From NCBI RefSeq assembly GCF_030144855.1, contig NC_082709.1, forward strand, positions 148,428,001 through 148,492,000: a stretch of DNA of 64,000 nucleotides, read 5' to 3'. The notes beneath the pieces are model-generated. The model made no database searches, was not told where the DNA came from, and saw only the letters and a program-made list of their open reading frames with translations. Shown here one piece after another: positions 25,200 through 38,699 of the stretch. Within the stretch, counting starts at the first letter, position 1; the number at the start of each line of letters is the position of its first letter. Origin of the DNA: Hypanus sabinus (taxonomy: Eukaryota). The position numbers were made by a program, and so were the translations under genes.

Positions 25200-25855
25200 A
25201 CAATCTGCATTGGATTTTTCCATTATTGAGAAGAAAATCCAAAGTAAGCATTGAATGCAATTTACTGGGTTGAGAAGAAGTGCAAATGAGTTACTGTTTC
25301 ATCAGGAAAGACTGTTTGGGTTGCTGGATAATGGGAAGGGGAAAAGGTACATCTCCTGTGGTTGCACAAGAAAGTGCTGTGAGAAAGTGGGTGGTTGGTG
25401 GGGAAGGATAAGTTGACCAGGCAGTCTCCTCTCCTTGTCGAATTCAGATGTATATGGTCATGGAACCTTGTTAAAAGTGGTGGAAATTATGATGGATGAT
25501 CCACTGAATGCAAGGGCTGGTGGGTGGAAAGCAAGAATCCGGGAACTCCCATCTTTAACTTGGCTGTGGTTAGAGGGGATGACATGCTGGACATGGTAGA
25601 GGAGAAGCTGTGGTTAAGGATCAAAGAAAGTACTCTAGAGACATTTTCCCACCTATTGTTTCTCCACTTTCTTTGTAACTTAACATTAATTTGTTTTCTG
25701 ACTTTTCCAGTTCTGAAAAAGGGCTTCAGTCTGAAACTTAAACTCAGTTTTGTTTTCCAGATGTTGTCTAATCTGCTGTGTTCTTCCAGCATTTATTGTT
25801 TTCATTTCAGATTTCCAACATTTGTAGCATTTCAGTTTTTGATTTCAAAAACAAC
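25200..25855. mobile_element. Penelope-like remnants
   Basis: TTTCATCAGGAAAGACTGTTTGGG and pLTR-end sequence shared with other copies. Confidence 0.5.
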
Positions 25856-26200
25856 ATGGTGGCACAGTTAATAGAGTTGCTATCTCAGAGCTTGAGATCC
25901 AGGTTCAATCCTGACCTTATCCTGCCGTATGTGTGAAGTTTGCATGGTCTCCATGTGACTTCATTTGGTTCCACTGGTCATCACAGTTTCCTCACACATA
26001 TCAAAGCCATGCTTGCTGATACATTTACTGGCCATGGCAAATTGGCTCTAGTTATAGCTGAGTGATAGAATCTGAGGCAGAGTTGATGAAAATGTGTGGA
26101 GAACAAAAAGTTGGAATTCATGTAGGATTAGTGTAAATGGGTAGTTAATGGTCAGTACAGGCTTGGTGGATGAAGGCCTTTTATTATGCAGCATTTCTGC
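25856..26200 (+). mobile_element. tRNA-derived SINE
   Basis: GGTGGCACAG A-box, GGTTCAATCC B-box, GAAGTTTGCATG core. Confidence 0.7.
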
Positions 26201-26259
26201 ATGACCATCAAAAGGCTCACCTCCAGCCCCAAGATCCAACAGCACACATGGAGTAAAGA

Positions 26260-26870
26260 AACATACTCTACCAATCCAATGTGGAGACTGCCCCCGAACA
26301 CTATGTTTGGGGAGAAAAGTATCCACGAGACTACATTAACATCAGCCAGCTGTAAAAAGTCCTGATTTTCTCTCACTCATCTCAGTACATGAGGAGGAAG
26401 AAGAACACAAGTTCATCTGGAGCTACAGAAATCCTGGCAGAAGCACAAGAAATCAAGAGAGTTCTTAGAAGTTTGGTTCTCAACAGAAGACTCTATTAAT
26501 GAATGTATTGAACTGGACACAATTTACAAACCTGTGCATCTGTGGGATCGGGGCCAAGGGGGGAGCCACAGACACCTTAGGAACCAAAGCTCCCAATGAC
26601 CAACAGCCAGGGATAGGGGCCAGTTAAGATTACCCAGCCATCTGGTTGGCTGGGACCCAGCAGTGACTAGCAGCCAGTGCAAAAGCCAACCAATCAGAAC
26701 AACGAGTCCGACCAACATAAACGCGAGCACTCCACAGAAACAACACTCAGTTGCGCAATAATGATGTCACCTTGAATAGTGATGAAACGTTTGAGACCTA
26801 ACCTCCCGGCTCAGCGAACAACACTACAAACAAGCAGTCAACCCGAGACATCGATCTTCTCTTTCGTTTC
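26260..26870 (+). mobile_element. Penelope-like element, second lineage (3' end)
   Basis: HKFIWSYRNP/ATEILAEAQ...EFLEVWFSTEDSINECIELDTIYKP-like C-terminus; hammerhead-like relic near 26757. Confidence 0.6.
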
Positions 26871-27992
26871 AAATTCGGGAGGCCTCTCCATAGACTGCTA
26901 CCTGAATTGCAACACAATCAAGTGGTGGGAATTGAAAGTAGACAAGACATCCATCACACTGTATTTCCATCCATGTTTATGCCAAACTCTTGTCCTACTT
27001 TAATATCTGCTGACATGGGAAAATCCTGCCTTAAACAAAGAGAACCAAATGTGAAGATTAATTACTAGCCAAAGCTCTCCAGCACACAATTTTCTAACAC
27101 ATACGATGCAGATATAAAGTCAAGATTCAAGATTGTTTAATGTCATTTCTAGTATACAAGTATAAAGGAAAGTGAAATAATTGTTACTCCAGATCTGATG
27201 TTACACAAAAAAGTAAGAAAAAGAGCACATAATAAAAAATACCCTAAATAAATACATAAGGTAGCTTATATACATACTTTAGATTGATTATATGTACATA
27301 AAGTGACAGTAGTGCTGTACGTAAGGTGAATGGCAGAGAATAATTAAGTAATGGTGGTAGACTGAGTTAGTCATGCCTTTATAATTTTCTAAGGTTGCCA
27401 AGCAATGATAGCTACACTACTTAAAGCTGACAATCAATGGAGGAAGCATATTCAACTTTTCAATCCCACTTCTATTCTTACTGATATTTGGGTTTTCACC
27501 TTTTGCATTCTTGTTCTGGCTGTTCTGGCCCTTCACCACTGGGTTTTCCTGTGGAATTTCTCTTTCTGATTTATGGGGAGAGAGAGAAACTGATCATGAT
27601 CAAGCAGGTAATGAAACACACCAGTTAGGCAATATCTGTGAAGCACCTTTGTGTTGTGAACCAGCTCAAAACATGCAGTGATAGACAGCCCCTCATCAAG
27701 TCACTTTCTTTCCCTCCCAGGAGTCCAGCAGCTAATCAGAGTTGCCCTTCGAAACCACACTGAGGCGGCTGTGACTTGCACGCAATGCATATTTCAAGAT
27801 ACTCTGGTTGGCTGCTGGTAATCAGGGGAAAGGCTTTTTTCCTGTAGTTGTGAAACACTCTCAGCAGGAAGTGAAAGATGCACATCCAGCACACAAATTT
27901 CTGATGCTGTAGTATCACCTGCAGGGAAGGTGACTGATTGTACCTACAGCAGGTACTGTTTGCCAAAGAAGGGTGTGATCCACAGCTTAGAC

Positions 27993-29042
27993 CAGGGGTG
28001 GGCAAACTTTTTGACTTGTGGGTGCCACAAAGGGTTCTAAAATTTGACAGGGGGGCCGGACCAGGAGCAGATGGACGGAGTGTTTTGGTAATACACCTCA
28101 TAAGAGAAAATAAAATATCATGGGATATGTAGAAAACATGTGCTTTAATTTCAATTGAAAATGAACAAATGCATTACAACAAAATATCTTTGAAGTCCCA
28201 TGGTATTTAGCTATTTATTGAAATGACTTTTAAAACACTGAAAATTAAATGAATAAAATACAGCTTTTTTTTAATAGTAACAGTTATTAATTTAAAGCAC
28301 TGAAAATTCTGTTATCCTTCAAGATATTATCATCATCACTCTCCTTCTGATTGTCTTTATTTCAAAAACGGTAGGAGATGCAGGTCTACTTGTCCTGCTC
28401 CTTCTTATTCAATTGTCCCCTGTGCCAAAACTCAACAACGACCAGCACAAGGAGAGAACAGTGACAGCGCGCCAGTATGCGGAGCGCGTTATTTGATCTG
28501 GAGCGCATTTCTTATTTTGAGAACGTACGTGCACCTGCGCACTACTCATGTCCATCGCTTAACAGAAATGACATGTAACATGTAAGGCTTATTGAAAAAA
28601 ATATTTTCAAATGCATTTTTTACATAACACAACGAAGAAACTTATCTTTAATTTCAGTGGGAACAGTGTTGTTGGTCTCCCTTTTTAGCCAGCGCATCAA
28701 AGTCTGGATTTAGTTTTGTTGTGGCGATTCTCAGGATGGATCTGAAGTGTTGGGTCAGTTAACTTGGATCTGTGGCTGGCTTTGTTGATGTTCATGACGC
28801 TGAACGCCTGTTCACACAAATAGGTCGAGCCGAACAAAGAGTAAAGCGCAAAGTGGAGTAATACGCTGCACCTCAACAAAGGTCAATGTATATAGAGTGT
28901 GTCATCTATTGGGAAAACGCCAGAATTGCGGGGAAAAAACGTTAACAAGGTTTATTAATATAATTTCATCAAGTTCTGCGGGCCGGATTAAAAAGCTTAA
29001 CGGGCCGCATATGGCCCCCGGGCCGTAGTTTGCCCATGCCTG
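27993..29042 (-). mobile_element. hAT (Charlie/SPIN-like) non-autonomous DNA transposon, 1050 bp
   Basis: TIRs CAGGGGTGGGCAAACT / AGTTTGCCCATGCCTG; perfect 8-bp TSD GCTTAGAC; dimerisation motif SLFGSTYLCEQAFSVMNINKASHRSKLTD. Confidence 0.95.
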
Positions 29043-30095
29043 GCTTAGACTGTTGTTTTAAAAAATAAATTCTGAGCACAATCAGAGCTTGACAAAAAAG
29101 TGCAACATCCCATAATGTGCTAGAAAAGCTGTTCTTGCATGTACTGACTGTGACAGCAGAACAGCTACATGACAGTGAGGGTGAGGAGAGTCAGGCGCCT
29201 GACCTTTTGTAGGTTTTTTTTTGATAATCCGCAGGGCTAATATCTTCAATACTCTCCAGACAGATGCTCCTTGCGTCTGAATTTTGTCTTAAAAACAACA
29301 GGAAATACTGATGAACAGGAGTTATCTACACACGAGCCTGGCAAGGATTTAGTTTGGTTTCAACCACTGAAAGTAGCTGATCGGCACATTTAAAGTTTTC
29401 ATTGTCTTACTCAAAATGTACCCCATTAAAATCATATCAAACACAGGCAACGTCACCAGAAAGGAACGGGGGAAGCGAACCAAGGCACTGTTTGCTCGAG
29501 CTGGGAGTGGGCATTGGGACAGTAATATAGCGCAAAGGGTCAGCTGCTGATTCCATTGTTTGTGGCAACAGGGTTTTATCATAAAGTTACATTTCAGTCA
29601 CAAGTAAATGTGGTCAGGAAGAAGGTGAACTGATCATTTTTGGGATTGTTAGCCAAATGGTCATGAGTTTTACATGTAGCTTAGCTTGCAGGAGATTCCA
29701 GAGTCAGCTGTTCCATTATGTTTGCTGTAATCGTCCAACCATGTGTAAAAACATTTCACTACAGATTAGGGAAGTATGGTTTATTATCATTTACATTTAA
29801 AAAAAATCCCTTATCAGAACTCTTGCATAACTTGTGATAATTATATTACTGGCCTACTTTAAATGTAGAGGACAGAGAAAGACTTTAGTCCTACACTGTA
29901 CAGAACAATAGTCTATTTTGCCTTCAAATGGGTAAATGTTAAGATAAAATACTGCAAGCACTCACCAGGGGTGACAGTAACAGCACAGTGGTGCTTCATG
30001 TGGTGCAATTAACTCATAACTTCAGCATCCTGGTTGGATTCTGACCTCGGGTGCTCTCCATGTGGAGTCTGCCTGCACATCTGACACGGGTGTTC

Positions 30096-31045
30096 AAGTC
30101 AAGTCAAGTCACTTTTTATTGTCATTGTACAATACTGGTACAGTACATGGTAAAAATGAGACAACGTTTTTACAGGACTGTGGTGTTACAAGACACAGTA
30201 CAAAAACTAGACTGAACTATGTAAAAACAACACAGAAAAAAACTACACTAGACTAATGACCTACCCAGGACTGCATAAAGTGCACAAAACAGTGCAGGCA
30301 TTACAATAAATAATAAAACAAGACAATAGGGCAGTAAGGTGTCAGTCCAGGCTCTGGGTATTGAGGAGTCTGATAGCTTGGGGGAAGAAACTGTTACATA
30401 GTCTGGTCGTGAGAGCCCGAATGCTTCGGTGCCTTTTCCCAGACAGCAGGAGAGATAAGAGTTTGTATGAGGAGTACGTGGGGTCCTTCATAATGCTGTT
30501 TCCTTTGTGGATGCAGCATGTAGCGTAAATGTCTGTAATAGCGGGAAGAAAGACCCTGATGATCTTCTCAGCTGACCTCACTATCTGCTGCAGGGTTTTG
30601 CGATCCAAGGTGGTGCAATTTCGGAACCAGGCAGTGATGCAGCTGCTCAGGATGCTCTCAATACAACCCCTGTAAGAATGTGGAGAGGATAGGGGGTGGG
30701 AGATGGACTTTCCTCAGCCTTCGCAGAAAGTAGAGACGCTGCTGGGCTTTCTTTGCTATGGAGCTGGTGTTGAGGGACCAGGTGAAATTCTCCGCCAGGT
30801 GAACACCAAGAAATCTGGTGCTCTTTACGATCCCTACCGAGGAGCCGTTTATGTTCGGCCAGGAGTGGTCGCTCCGTGCCCTCCTGAAGTCAACAACCAT
30901 CTCTTTTGTTCTGTTCACATTAAGAGACAGGTTGTTGGCTCTGCACCAGTCCGTTAGCCGCTGCGCCTCCCCTCTGTAAGCTGACTTGTCGTTCTTGCTG
31001 ATGAGATCCACCACGGTCATGTCATCGGCGAACTTGATGACGGTG
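30096..31045 (-). mobile_element. Rex1/Babar LINE 3' part, same subfamily as 17311-18613
   Basis: IKFADD...[11 protein letters not shown]; (CAAGT)n tail; near-identical UTR. Confidence 0.9.
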
Positions 31046-32069
31046 TTTTGGTTTCCTCCCACATCAGAGACTTACTGCTGGGTAGGTTCAGTGTAAATAG
31101 TGCTCATGTACAATGGGCAGTGGGGGAGTTGGGTGTGGCTGGGATGTTAACTGATGCATGAGGGAGTGAGTTACAATCAGGTATGTGAGGGAATGGGACT
31201 GCTCTGAGTGTCAGCAAGCACTCAACAAGTCGAATTGCCTTGTAAAACACACAGAAATACGGAATGATCAGAGTTAAGTGTCTCAGGCTGAAATGAAAAT
31301 CCTTTGTCCGAACTGCAAAAGAAATGAAAATTAGTCTTACTTTGGAGAGAGGGTAGGTTGGGTGAAATAAACTGAAGTCAGTACTTGTGTTTGGATAAGC
31401 TGTTGAAGATGTAATCTGTTGGATGGTTTAAGTTTCAAAATACTGAAGTCATTAGTTTCAGCCTCTCCCACAACCCATGCAAGTTTGTATCTGTCCCTGA
31501 TAATTGTGTGAATGTAAAATAGATAAAGATTGAGTAATATTTTAGAGCTAATTGTTGCCTCCATTTCCATTTCACATTTAAGAAATTTGATTCACCACCC
31601 CCTGTAACTTCAGTGCATCTCTGGAAATCTCCCATTCCAATACTGAGACCTGCATACATGAACACCGCATTATTCCAGGCATCCAGAGTTCTCTCTGGCT
31701 CATCATTCTCTTGTTCCTTGACTTTCATTTCCACCTACATCGCCTATTCAGTCCTCTACTGTGTCCTTCAGTTCAACAAACCCCTCCTGAGTTTTGTATT
31801 CCTTCGTAGCTTTTTACACATTTTTCATTCCCAAATACATTCTTCCTTCCTGTCGGGTAAGGGCTCCAATCCACAAGTTCAGCTTTTCCCTTCCCAAACC
31901 ACCCTCTTAAGACCCTTCCAAAATCTCGCTTTTAGTTTTGGGATTTTTGCTTTACCTGATCATGTCCCTGTCAAGGACTGTGACCTTTTTCCATGTTCAA
32001 AAATTATTTATTGCTTTTCTGCTTTAGGATCATTAATACAGGTACTTTCCAATTGAACATTATTTTTGA

Positions 32070-32132
32070 CAGTACTGTGAGAAAGACTTAGGCACATATA
32101 GCTAGGGTGCCGAAGATCTTTGTACAGTGCTG
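32070..32132. mobile_element. Tiny Tc1-like MITE (TIR pair only)
   Basis: CAGTACTGTGAGAAAGACTTAGGCAC ... GTGCCGAAGATCTTTGTACAGTGCTG imperfect inverted pair. Confidence 0.55.
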
Positions 32133-32299
32133 TAGTAATTTTACATATTGCACTGTACTGCTACTGCAAAAAAAATCATGACATGATGGTGATGATAAAA
32201 CTGATTCTGAGCTGGGTCTCTATTGTAGACTGGGGAAGGGAGAGGGGAATCCTGTTTGGGAAAAGGGAAAGAGGTAGAGGGGGGAGGAGGAGGAGCACC

Positions 32300-33560
32300 A
32301 GAGAGACATTCTGTCATTCAATAAGCACTCGTTGCCATTGCCTGCACTCGCACTATCTTCCACCCCCGGCATGTCTTCTCTGCTACCTGTCCACACCCTC
32401 CCCACGGCACTCCACCCCGCCATTCCCAACATCCTTTGCTCCCGCCAGGTTTGCAAACTTGCTCACCGTTCCATGTGACAAATGGACTACCCTGCAAAAA
32501 TCTGATGCCTCCCAGGCTATATGTGCCCAAGACTTTTGCACAGCCCTGCCCATGGGCGGCGGGGGGATGTCTGTATTTATGCTTCCATCACCTCAAAAGG
32601 CTGTTCATCAATGCCATAGCCTGTTCCCTCCCAGACACAAACGGAATGTTCACTCCGCCCCTCCGATTCACAGACACCTCTACACACTGTTCACTTCCTC
32701 TTCTCCAGCAAACTCTACACTCCCTCCATCTCACGTACACCGATTGTGCACTCTCCGCCTCTTACACACACATTCACATAATCATTACCCTCCCACCCAC
32801 ACGTTACTCAATCTCTCCCCGCGGGTGATTTACACTCCCTGACGTAAAGCTATCAAACCAGACAGTCAACCCCCTTCTTTTGACATCTGCCCATTTGAAC
32901 CACAGCCGCCGTGATAGTGACACCCCCCCCACCCCCCCGCCCTTCGGAAGTGCTTAAGTTTTAATGAGAGCAAATGTGACCGCACAATTCATTCCCCAAG
33001 GCGGCTCCCCTTATTTATTTAGTACCTGATTTCTCGGATACAACATATTTGGAGGAACTAATGAATTTAGTTCCTCGGTGAACTTCTACAGATGTTAGTA
33101 CTGCTGGTCCTCGGTGGTTTTAGAAGGTTTACATGGAACTACCGCTCATACTCGTGGTTAACAGAGTCTGCCAGTTGCTTCTGAAACTTCCTTTTCAGCT
33201 GAGTGCAGGTCAGACAGCCGCCTGAGTTCCGAGTGCGATGGAGCAGCCGCGACTGACATTTGTGAAGATTGAAGCTTTCCTTCTGTTTTATTTGATTCTC
33301 CGATTTGGTGAGTAGTGAGTTCTGCAATTGTAACTTATTTGCCGTGTAGATTGGGCGCTCCTGTTTTCCATATGACCAAATGTCACACCAACATTCAGCT
33401 CTGCCTGAAAATGACGACGCTGAAAGCCGCACCTTTTTGGAACCGATCAATTAACGATCCTAAATCAGAGAGCGGCTGCAAAAAAAACAGTAAAATCTTT
33501 TATTATGGTAATTATTAACATTTCAGAGAAAGACGGGCTTGGATTTGCATAATGTCTTTC
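32300..33560 (+). promoter_or_regulatory. CpG-enriched promoter/first-exon region
   Basis: CpG density visibly above the CpG-poor flanks; surrounds the signal-peptide exon; few repeats. Confidence 0.55.
33238..33307 (+). CDS. Coding exon 1 (signal peptide) of EWI-family IgSF gene
   Basis: ATG...MEQPRLTFVKIEAFLLFYLILRF+G then GTGAGT; phase 1 matches the next exon, giving ...LRFDLGTAQRLVKLQEGPL. Confidence 0.8.
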
Positions 33561-34361
33561 ATGTTTCGGTACTTACACTGCATGAACTACTTCAAGGCAC
33601 CATTGTACTTTATACAATGTTTTCAGCAAAAATAGTTGAGTTATAAATATAGGCCTGGTCACATTTGGAGGTGTTTGGCAATGCAGTACCTTGTGTTCCT
33701 TCACACGCTTCTGAGAAAGTAGAATTGCATTTAACACTGCAGTGCCAGTCTTTAATGATGTGCTGCATTGGCACTCTTCCCTTCGGGGTTAAACTGGCAG
33801 CAGCGTTTGAATTATCCCACATCATTCAAACGAGCTTCCCAGAACAAAGTATGTAATAGGTGACCGTCACCGTGCATCCCAAGCGCTGCGTTATTAAACA
33901 TTTGCAATTGCAAATAAAACTTGAAAATTGTGGAAACAATTTAGCAAGTGTGACGCAACCACCGACAGGGAAACGTGGTAAAAGAGCCAGCGGTTATTCA
34001 GAATGTCTTTAGAAATACAATTGTAAACCTTGTTCTGAAATTCACACTGGTGCCCTTAGAAATTAGTGTGGCTCTCTCTGGCTTGCCAATCTATTCCAAA
34101 ATTCACAATGTTACTGTTGTTGTGTACACTTGGATAAATTTTTAGTCTTCCTTTAATCTGGCAAAAAAAAGGAAATTCTCCCTACAGTGCTCAGTAGGTC
34201 AATTAATAACAGCTACTCTAATCACCGCAATAGAACATTTTGAATGAAGTGCTTTAGAAAATGTTTGTTGTTTACATCCATGACATAAAGGTATGCTGTT
34301 AAAGATTTATCAGTAATTATTTATGGATTAGATCTCATGAATTTAAATCATTAATAAGAAC

Positions 34362-34770
34362 ATTAGAAATAGTTATTTGGCTCCTCATCCCCGCTCCTCT
34401 ATTCAATAAGATTATGGCTAACCTCTTACTTCAGTGCCTCCTCTCTGCACTAATCCATTGATTCTTAGTGTCCAAAAATCTATTGACCTTTGGTCCTGAC
34501 TAGATTTGTGACTGAGTCTCCACAAGTTCCGAGGATTGAAATCATTCACTACCCTGGTGAAGAGTTTTTTTTTCATCTCAATCCTGAATGGCGGAGCCTG
34601 TCTTTTGTGACAGTGGCTCCTGGTTGTAGACAACATACCCAAGGAAAACATTATCCCTGTATGTCATCTGACAACCCCTGAATATGGTTTTTGATAAGAT
34701 TGTCTCCATTATTTTAAACTCAAGAGCATATAGGTCCAGTCTGCCAAATTGCATCTCACAGAACATCCCT
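34362..34770 (-). mobile_element. CR1 3' fragment
   Basis: Reverse strand MKKKLFTRVVN..NP motif of the CR1 C-terminus. Confidence 0.6.
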
Positions 34771-35539
34771 CCTGATCTGATTGAAATCAGCAGATCAGGC
34801 AGCAACTGGAGGGGCTGGGGGATGGTCAACATTTTTGGGTGACGACCCACCAGCAGGTCTCTGCTCCAGATTCTAACATTTGTAGTCTCTTGTGCTTTGT
34901 CCCTTTCTGGTGAAACATTGTTGTACTTGCTATATCGTTAGTGTATTTTTCTTGGGTAGTACAGCTTATTTCATAATACTCAGCGACTTTATATTGCAGT
35001 ATGATGTCTTCATCTTTGTGTTCTTATGATAAAGACTGCTTCCTAGTGGAATTTCCTTCTCCAGTTGAACATTTACACCTATTTACCTCCATGTCGCATC
35101 TGCTTCTTGATGGCACTTCAAACTGTGAATTTAAGCAGTGCATTATAGCAGATGTAATCTTAGTGCAGATTCCTGTTCAGCAAGTTCTGTCATTGGCCCA
35201 GTGTTTCAGAGTTGTTCTCATGGTATTGCTGTTGAACCTAGCCTCCAGCTAGCTTCCCAATGGAGTGGAGTAAATCCATGGAATAAAAAGACATTGTTCC
35301 TTGATTGCCAGTGCTCCAACTCTGAGTCACCGTGTGCACTCTCTGCTTAGATATACAAGTCTTGTTTACTAAGCTAGAGAAACCTCTTTAATATTTGAAA
35401 AATCTCGATGCCATACTGGACAGCTCTGTCCTTCAACAATAAAGATTTGCAACAAATCCTGGAAAGTGTGCAAAATGCATACTCTGTCTTGAGAGACAGC
35501 TCTCAACAAAAGCACGCATTAATGAAATTTGCTGATAAT

Positions 35540-35810
35540 GATGCATTGCTTCCGGTGTGCCAACACAGCGTCTGGCTATCTGAGGAAGACAATGTTTGAA
35601 GATCAGGACCTTTAACCCCAAACAAGGTTCATGGTTTATCAGGCAGTAGTGACTGTTGCCCTCCTCAATCCTTCTCTGACGTGGACCACATAGAGCGGGT
35701 ACATTAAAACACTGGGGGGAGGAGCACGGGGATATTAGTAATGGTGCCTGTGTAAAATCCTCTAGTGGTAGGGTAAGCAAACAAATATCGACATCCTTAT
35801 AACTGTGATT
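35540..35810 (+). mobile_element. RTE LINE fragment
   Basis: VFEDQDL...KFMVYQAVV-like relic. Confidence 0.45.
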
Positions 35811-35954
35811 AAAGTACCTCAATTAGTTCTGATGACTACGCAATAGCATTTGTAGACTCAGTTTGTGAAAGAGGTGTTCCACTCTGAGCTCTATCAGCAG
35901 AACGCTAGGTGATCAGAGGAAGAGATACAAGGTAGTTCTAGGGATTTATCACAA

Positions 35955-36600
35955 TCAGAATCAGGTTTAATATCATTCCCATAAGTCGTGAAGTTTGTTG
36001 TTTTGCAGCAGCAGTACTTTACAATACATAATAATGAAAGCTATAAATTACAATAAGTATATATATAATTAAATTAAATAAGTAGTGCCGAAAAAGAGGA
36101 AAAATACTGAGGTAGTATTCATAGGTTCATTGTCCATTCAGAAGTCTAATGGTGGAGGGGAAGGAGCTGTTCCTGAAATGTTGAGTATGCATCTTCAGGC
36201 TCTTGTACCTTCTCTTTCATGGTAGCAATGACAAGAGGTTATATGTCCAGGGTGATGGGGGTCCTTAAAGATGGATGCCACTTTTTTGAGTCATCGCCTT
36301 TTGAAGGTGTCCTTCAAAATGTTTTCAAGGTTATCCATCTTTAAGTCTACAAAGGCATTAAGAACATCTTGTCTATCTATGGAGATCTGCACTATGTTCT
36401 CACCTATCCCTTCACTGAATTCTCCAACTATTTCCTTTGTGAATACAGTTAAAAAAAATATTCATTCAGGATCTCACCTATATCTTCTGTCCTCATGTGC
36501 AGATTGCCCCTGTTTTCTCTAATGGCCCCTATGACTTCGCTGGTCATTCTTTTTCCAATAATATTAATGTTTTTTCCTTCCAGTGCATCTGGCAATTCAA
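35955..36600 (-). mobile_element. LINE tail plus CR1 fragment
   Basis: ATCAGAATCAGGTTTAAT tail; EDIGEILNEYF CR1 motif. Confidence 0.6.
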
Positions 36601-37021
36601 CTAAAACATAGTGGTAACAATATTTGTTTAGCAAATGGCATCTACAGTTACTTCTGTCAATCTTATTGCATAAAAATATACAGTATATTGTCTCTGACAA
36701 AGGTTTTCATTAAGGAACCAAACCATACTACGGTTATCCTTTCAGCAATGAAATATATTTGTACTTCTTTAACTAAATGTGTTATAGTGAAATCCTACTA
36801 AATAGAAAAGATCCTACCCTGTCAAGACCCTGTGGTGTCTCATAAATTATGGCTACGCCATATTAAATTTTGGTACTGATAACTTTTATTTCTCATAAAC
36901 ACAGTGAAATGAAATAATAATCAAACCTGAGGGCTGTCTAAATTGATTTTAAAAGTACTAATTTCCTTCATTTGTTTTACCAAAGCAAATGCCTTCACTT
37001 TTTCCTGCACTGTATTCCATC

Positions 37022-38340
37022 TACAAGGCACTCACATCTACAGCAATGACTAGAATGAACTCCTGCCTCAGTAAGGACCTGGACCCACTGCAATTTGCCT
37101 ATCGCCACAATAGATCAATGGTAGGCATAATCTCAATGGCTCTTCACGTGGCCTTAGACATGCTGGACAATACAAACACCTCTGTCAGGATGCTCTGTCG
37201 ACTATAGCTCAGCATTTAACACCATTATTCCCACAATCCTGATTGATAAGTTACAGGACCTGGGCCTCTGTACCTCACTCTGCAACTGGATCCTCAACTT
37301 CCTAACCGGAAGACCACAATCTGTGCGGATTGGCAATAGCATCTTCTCCTCACTGACAATCAACATTGGTGCACCTCAGGGGTCTGTGCTTGGCCTACTG
37401 CTCTACTCTCTCTATACCCATGACTGTGTGGCTAGGCATAGCTGAAATACCACCTATAAACTTGCTGACAATGCAACCATTGTTGGTAGAATCTCAGCTG
37501 GAGACAAGAGGGCGTACAGGAATGAGAAATACCAACTATTGGGGTACTGTTGCTGCAACGACCTTGCACTTCATGTCAGTAAGACGAAAGAGCTGATTGT
37601 GGACTTCAGGAAGGGTAAGACGAAGGAAAACATACCAATCCTCATAGAGGGATCAGAAGTGGAGAGAGAGAGCAGCTTCAAGTTCCTGGGTGTCAAGATC
37701 TCTGAGGACCTAACCTCAACCCAAAATATTGATGCAGTGATAAAGAAGCCAAGACAGTGACTGTACTTCATTAGGAGTTTGAAGAGATTTGCTATGTCAA
37801 CAAAAACACCCAAAAACCTCTATAGATGTACCATGGAGAGCACTCTGACAGGCTGCATCACTGTCTGCTATGGGGGGGGAGGGGGCGCTACTGCAAAGAA
37901 CTAACAGAAGCTGCAGAGAGTCATAAATTTAGTCGGCTACAAATTTAGTACGAGCTTACAAAGTACCTGGGACATCTTCAAGGAGCAGTGTTTCAGAAAG
38001 GCAGGTCCATTATTAAGGACCCCCACCACCCACGGCATGCCCTTTTCTCACTGTTACCATCAGATTAGGAAAAAACAGAAGCCTGAAGGCACAAACTCTG
38101 CAATTCAGGAACAGCTTCTTCCTCTCTACCATCCAATTCCTAAATGGACATTGAACTCGTGAACACTCCCTCACTCTTTTAATATACTATTTTGGTTTTT
38201 GCACGATTTTTAATCTATTCAATATACATATACTTTTATTTATTTTTCTTCTATATTATTTATTGTATTGAACTGCTGCTGCTAAGTTAACAAATTTCAC
38301 AACACACGTTGGTGATAATAAACCTGATTCTAATTCTGTT
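37022..38340 (+). mobile_element. Rex1/Babar LINE
   Basis: SKDLDPLQFAYRHNRS; KTKELIVDFRK; FKFLGVKISEDL; AAACCTGATTCT tail. Confidence 0.85.
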
Positions 38341-38699
38341 TTCTAGTCACCCATTCACATAGCCTGTCAAGATCCTCTTGATCCACATTGGATTTTGTCA
38401 GTAAATCTGCATGCATTACACTAAAAAGTCTCGCTGAAGTCAAATATAGATTTTGAACAACTGGGACTTCAGTTATACCGTCCAATCTTCAGACTGTGCT
38501 AGTTCATTAATATTAATCCAATGTGCTTTAATTTTGTTAAATAATCTCTTGAGTGATATCCTTTGGAAGGCTTTCTGAAAGTCCAAGCTATTTCATCAAA
38601 TGCAACCTCAGATTATTTCTTAACTGATTTATCAAAAATTATTTACCTTTTCATTATTTACATTAACTCTGCCTAATCGTACTTTTACCTTCAAAGAGT

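Noticed and set aside
25524-25871. Hydrophobic 115-aa ORF
   Set aside because: Derived from T-rich Penelope UTR.
31435-32056. Overlapping ORFs of 147 aa (+) and 99 aa (-)
   Set aside because: No recognisable motif and no convincing splice sites.
32120-32842. 240-aa ORF upstream of exon 1
   Set aside because: Begins in a MITE/LINE tail; low-complexity Pro/His/Ser content; no domain or splice support.
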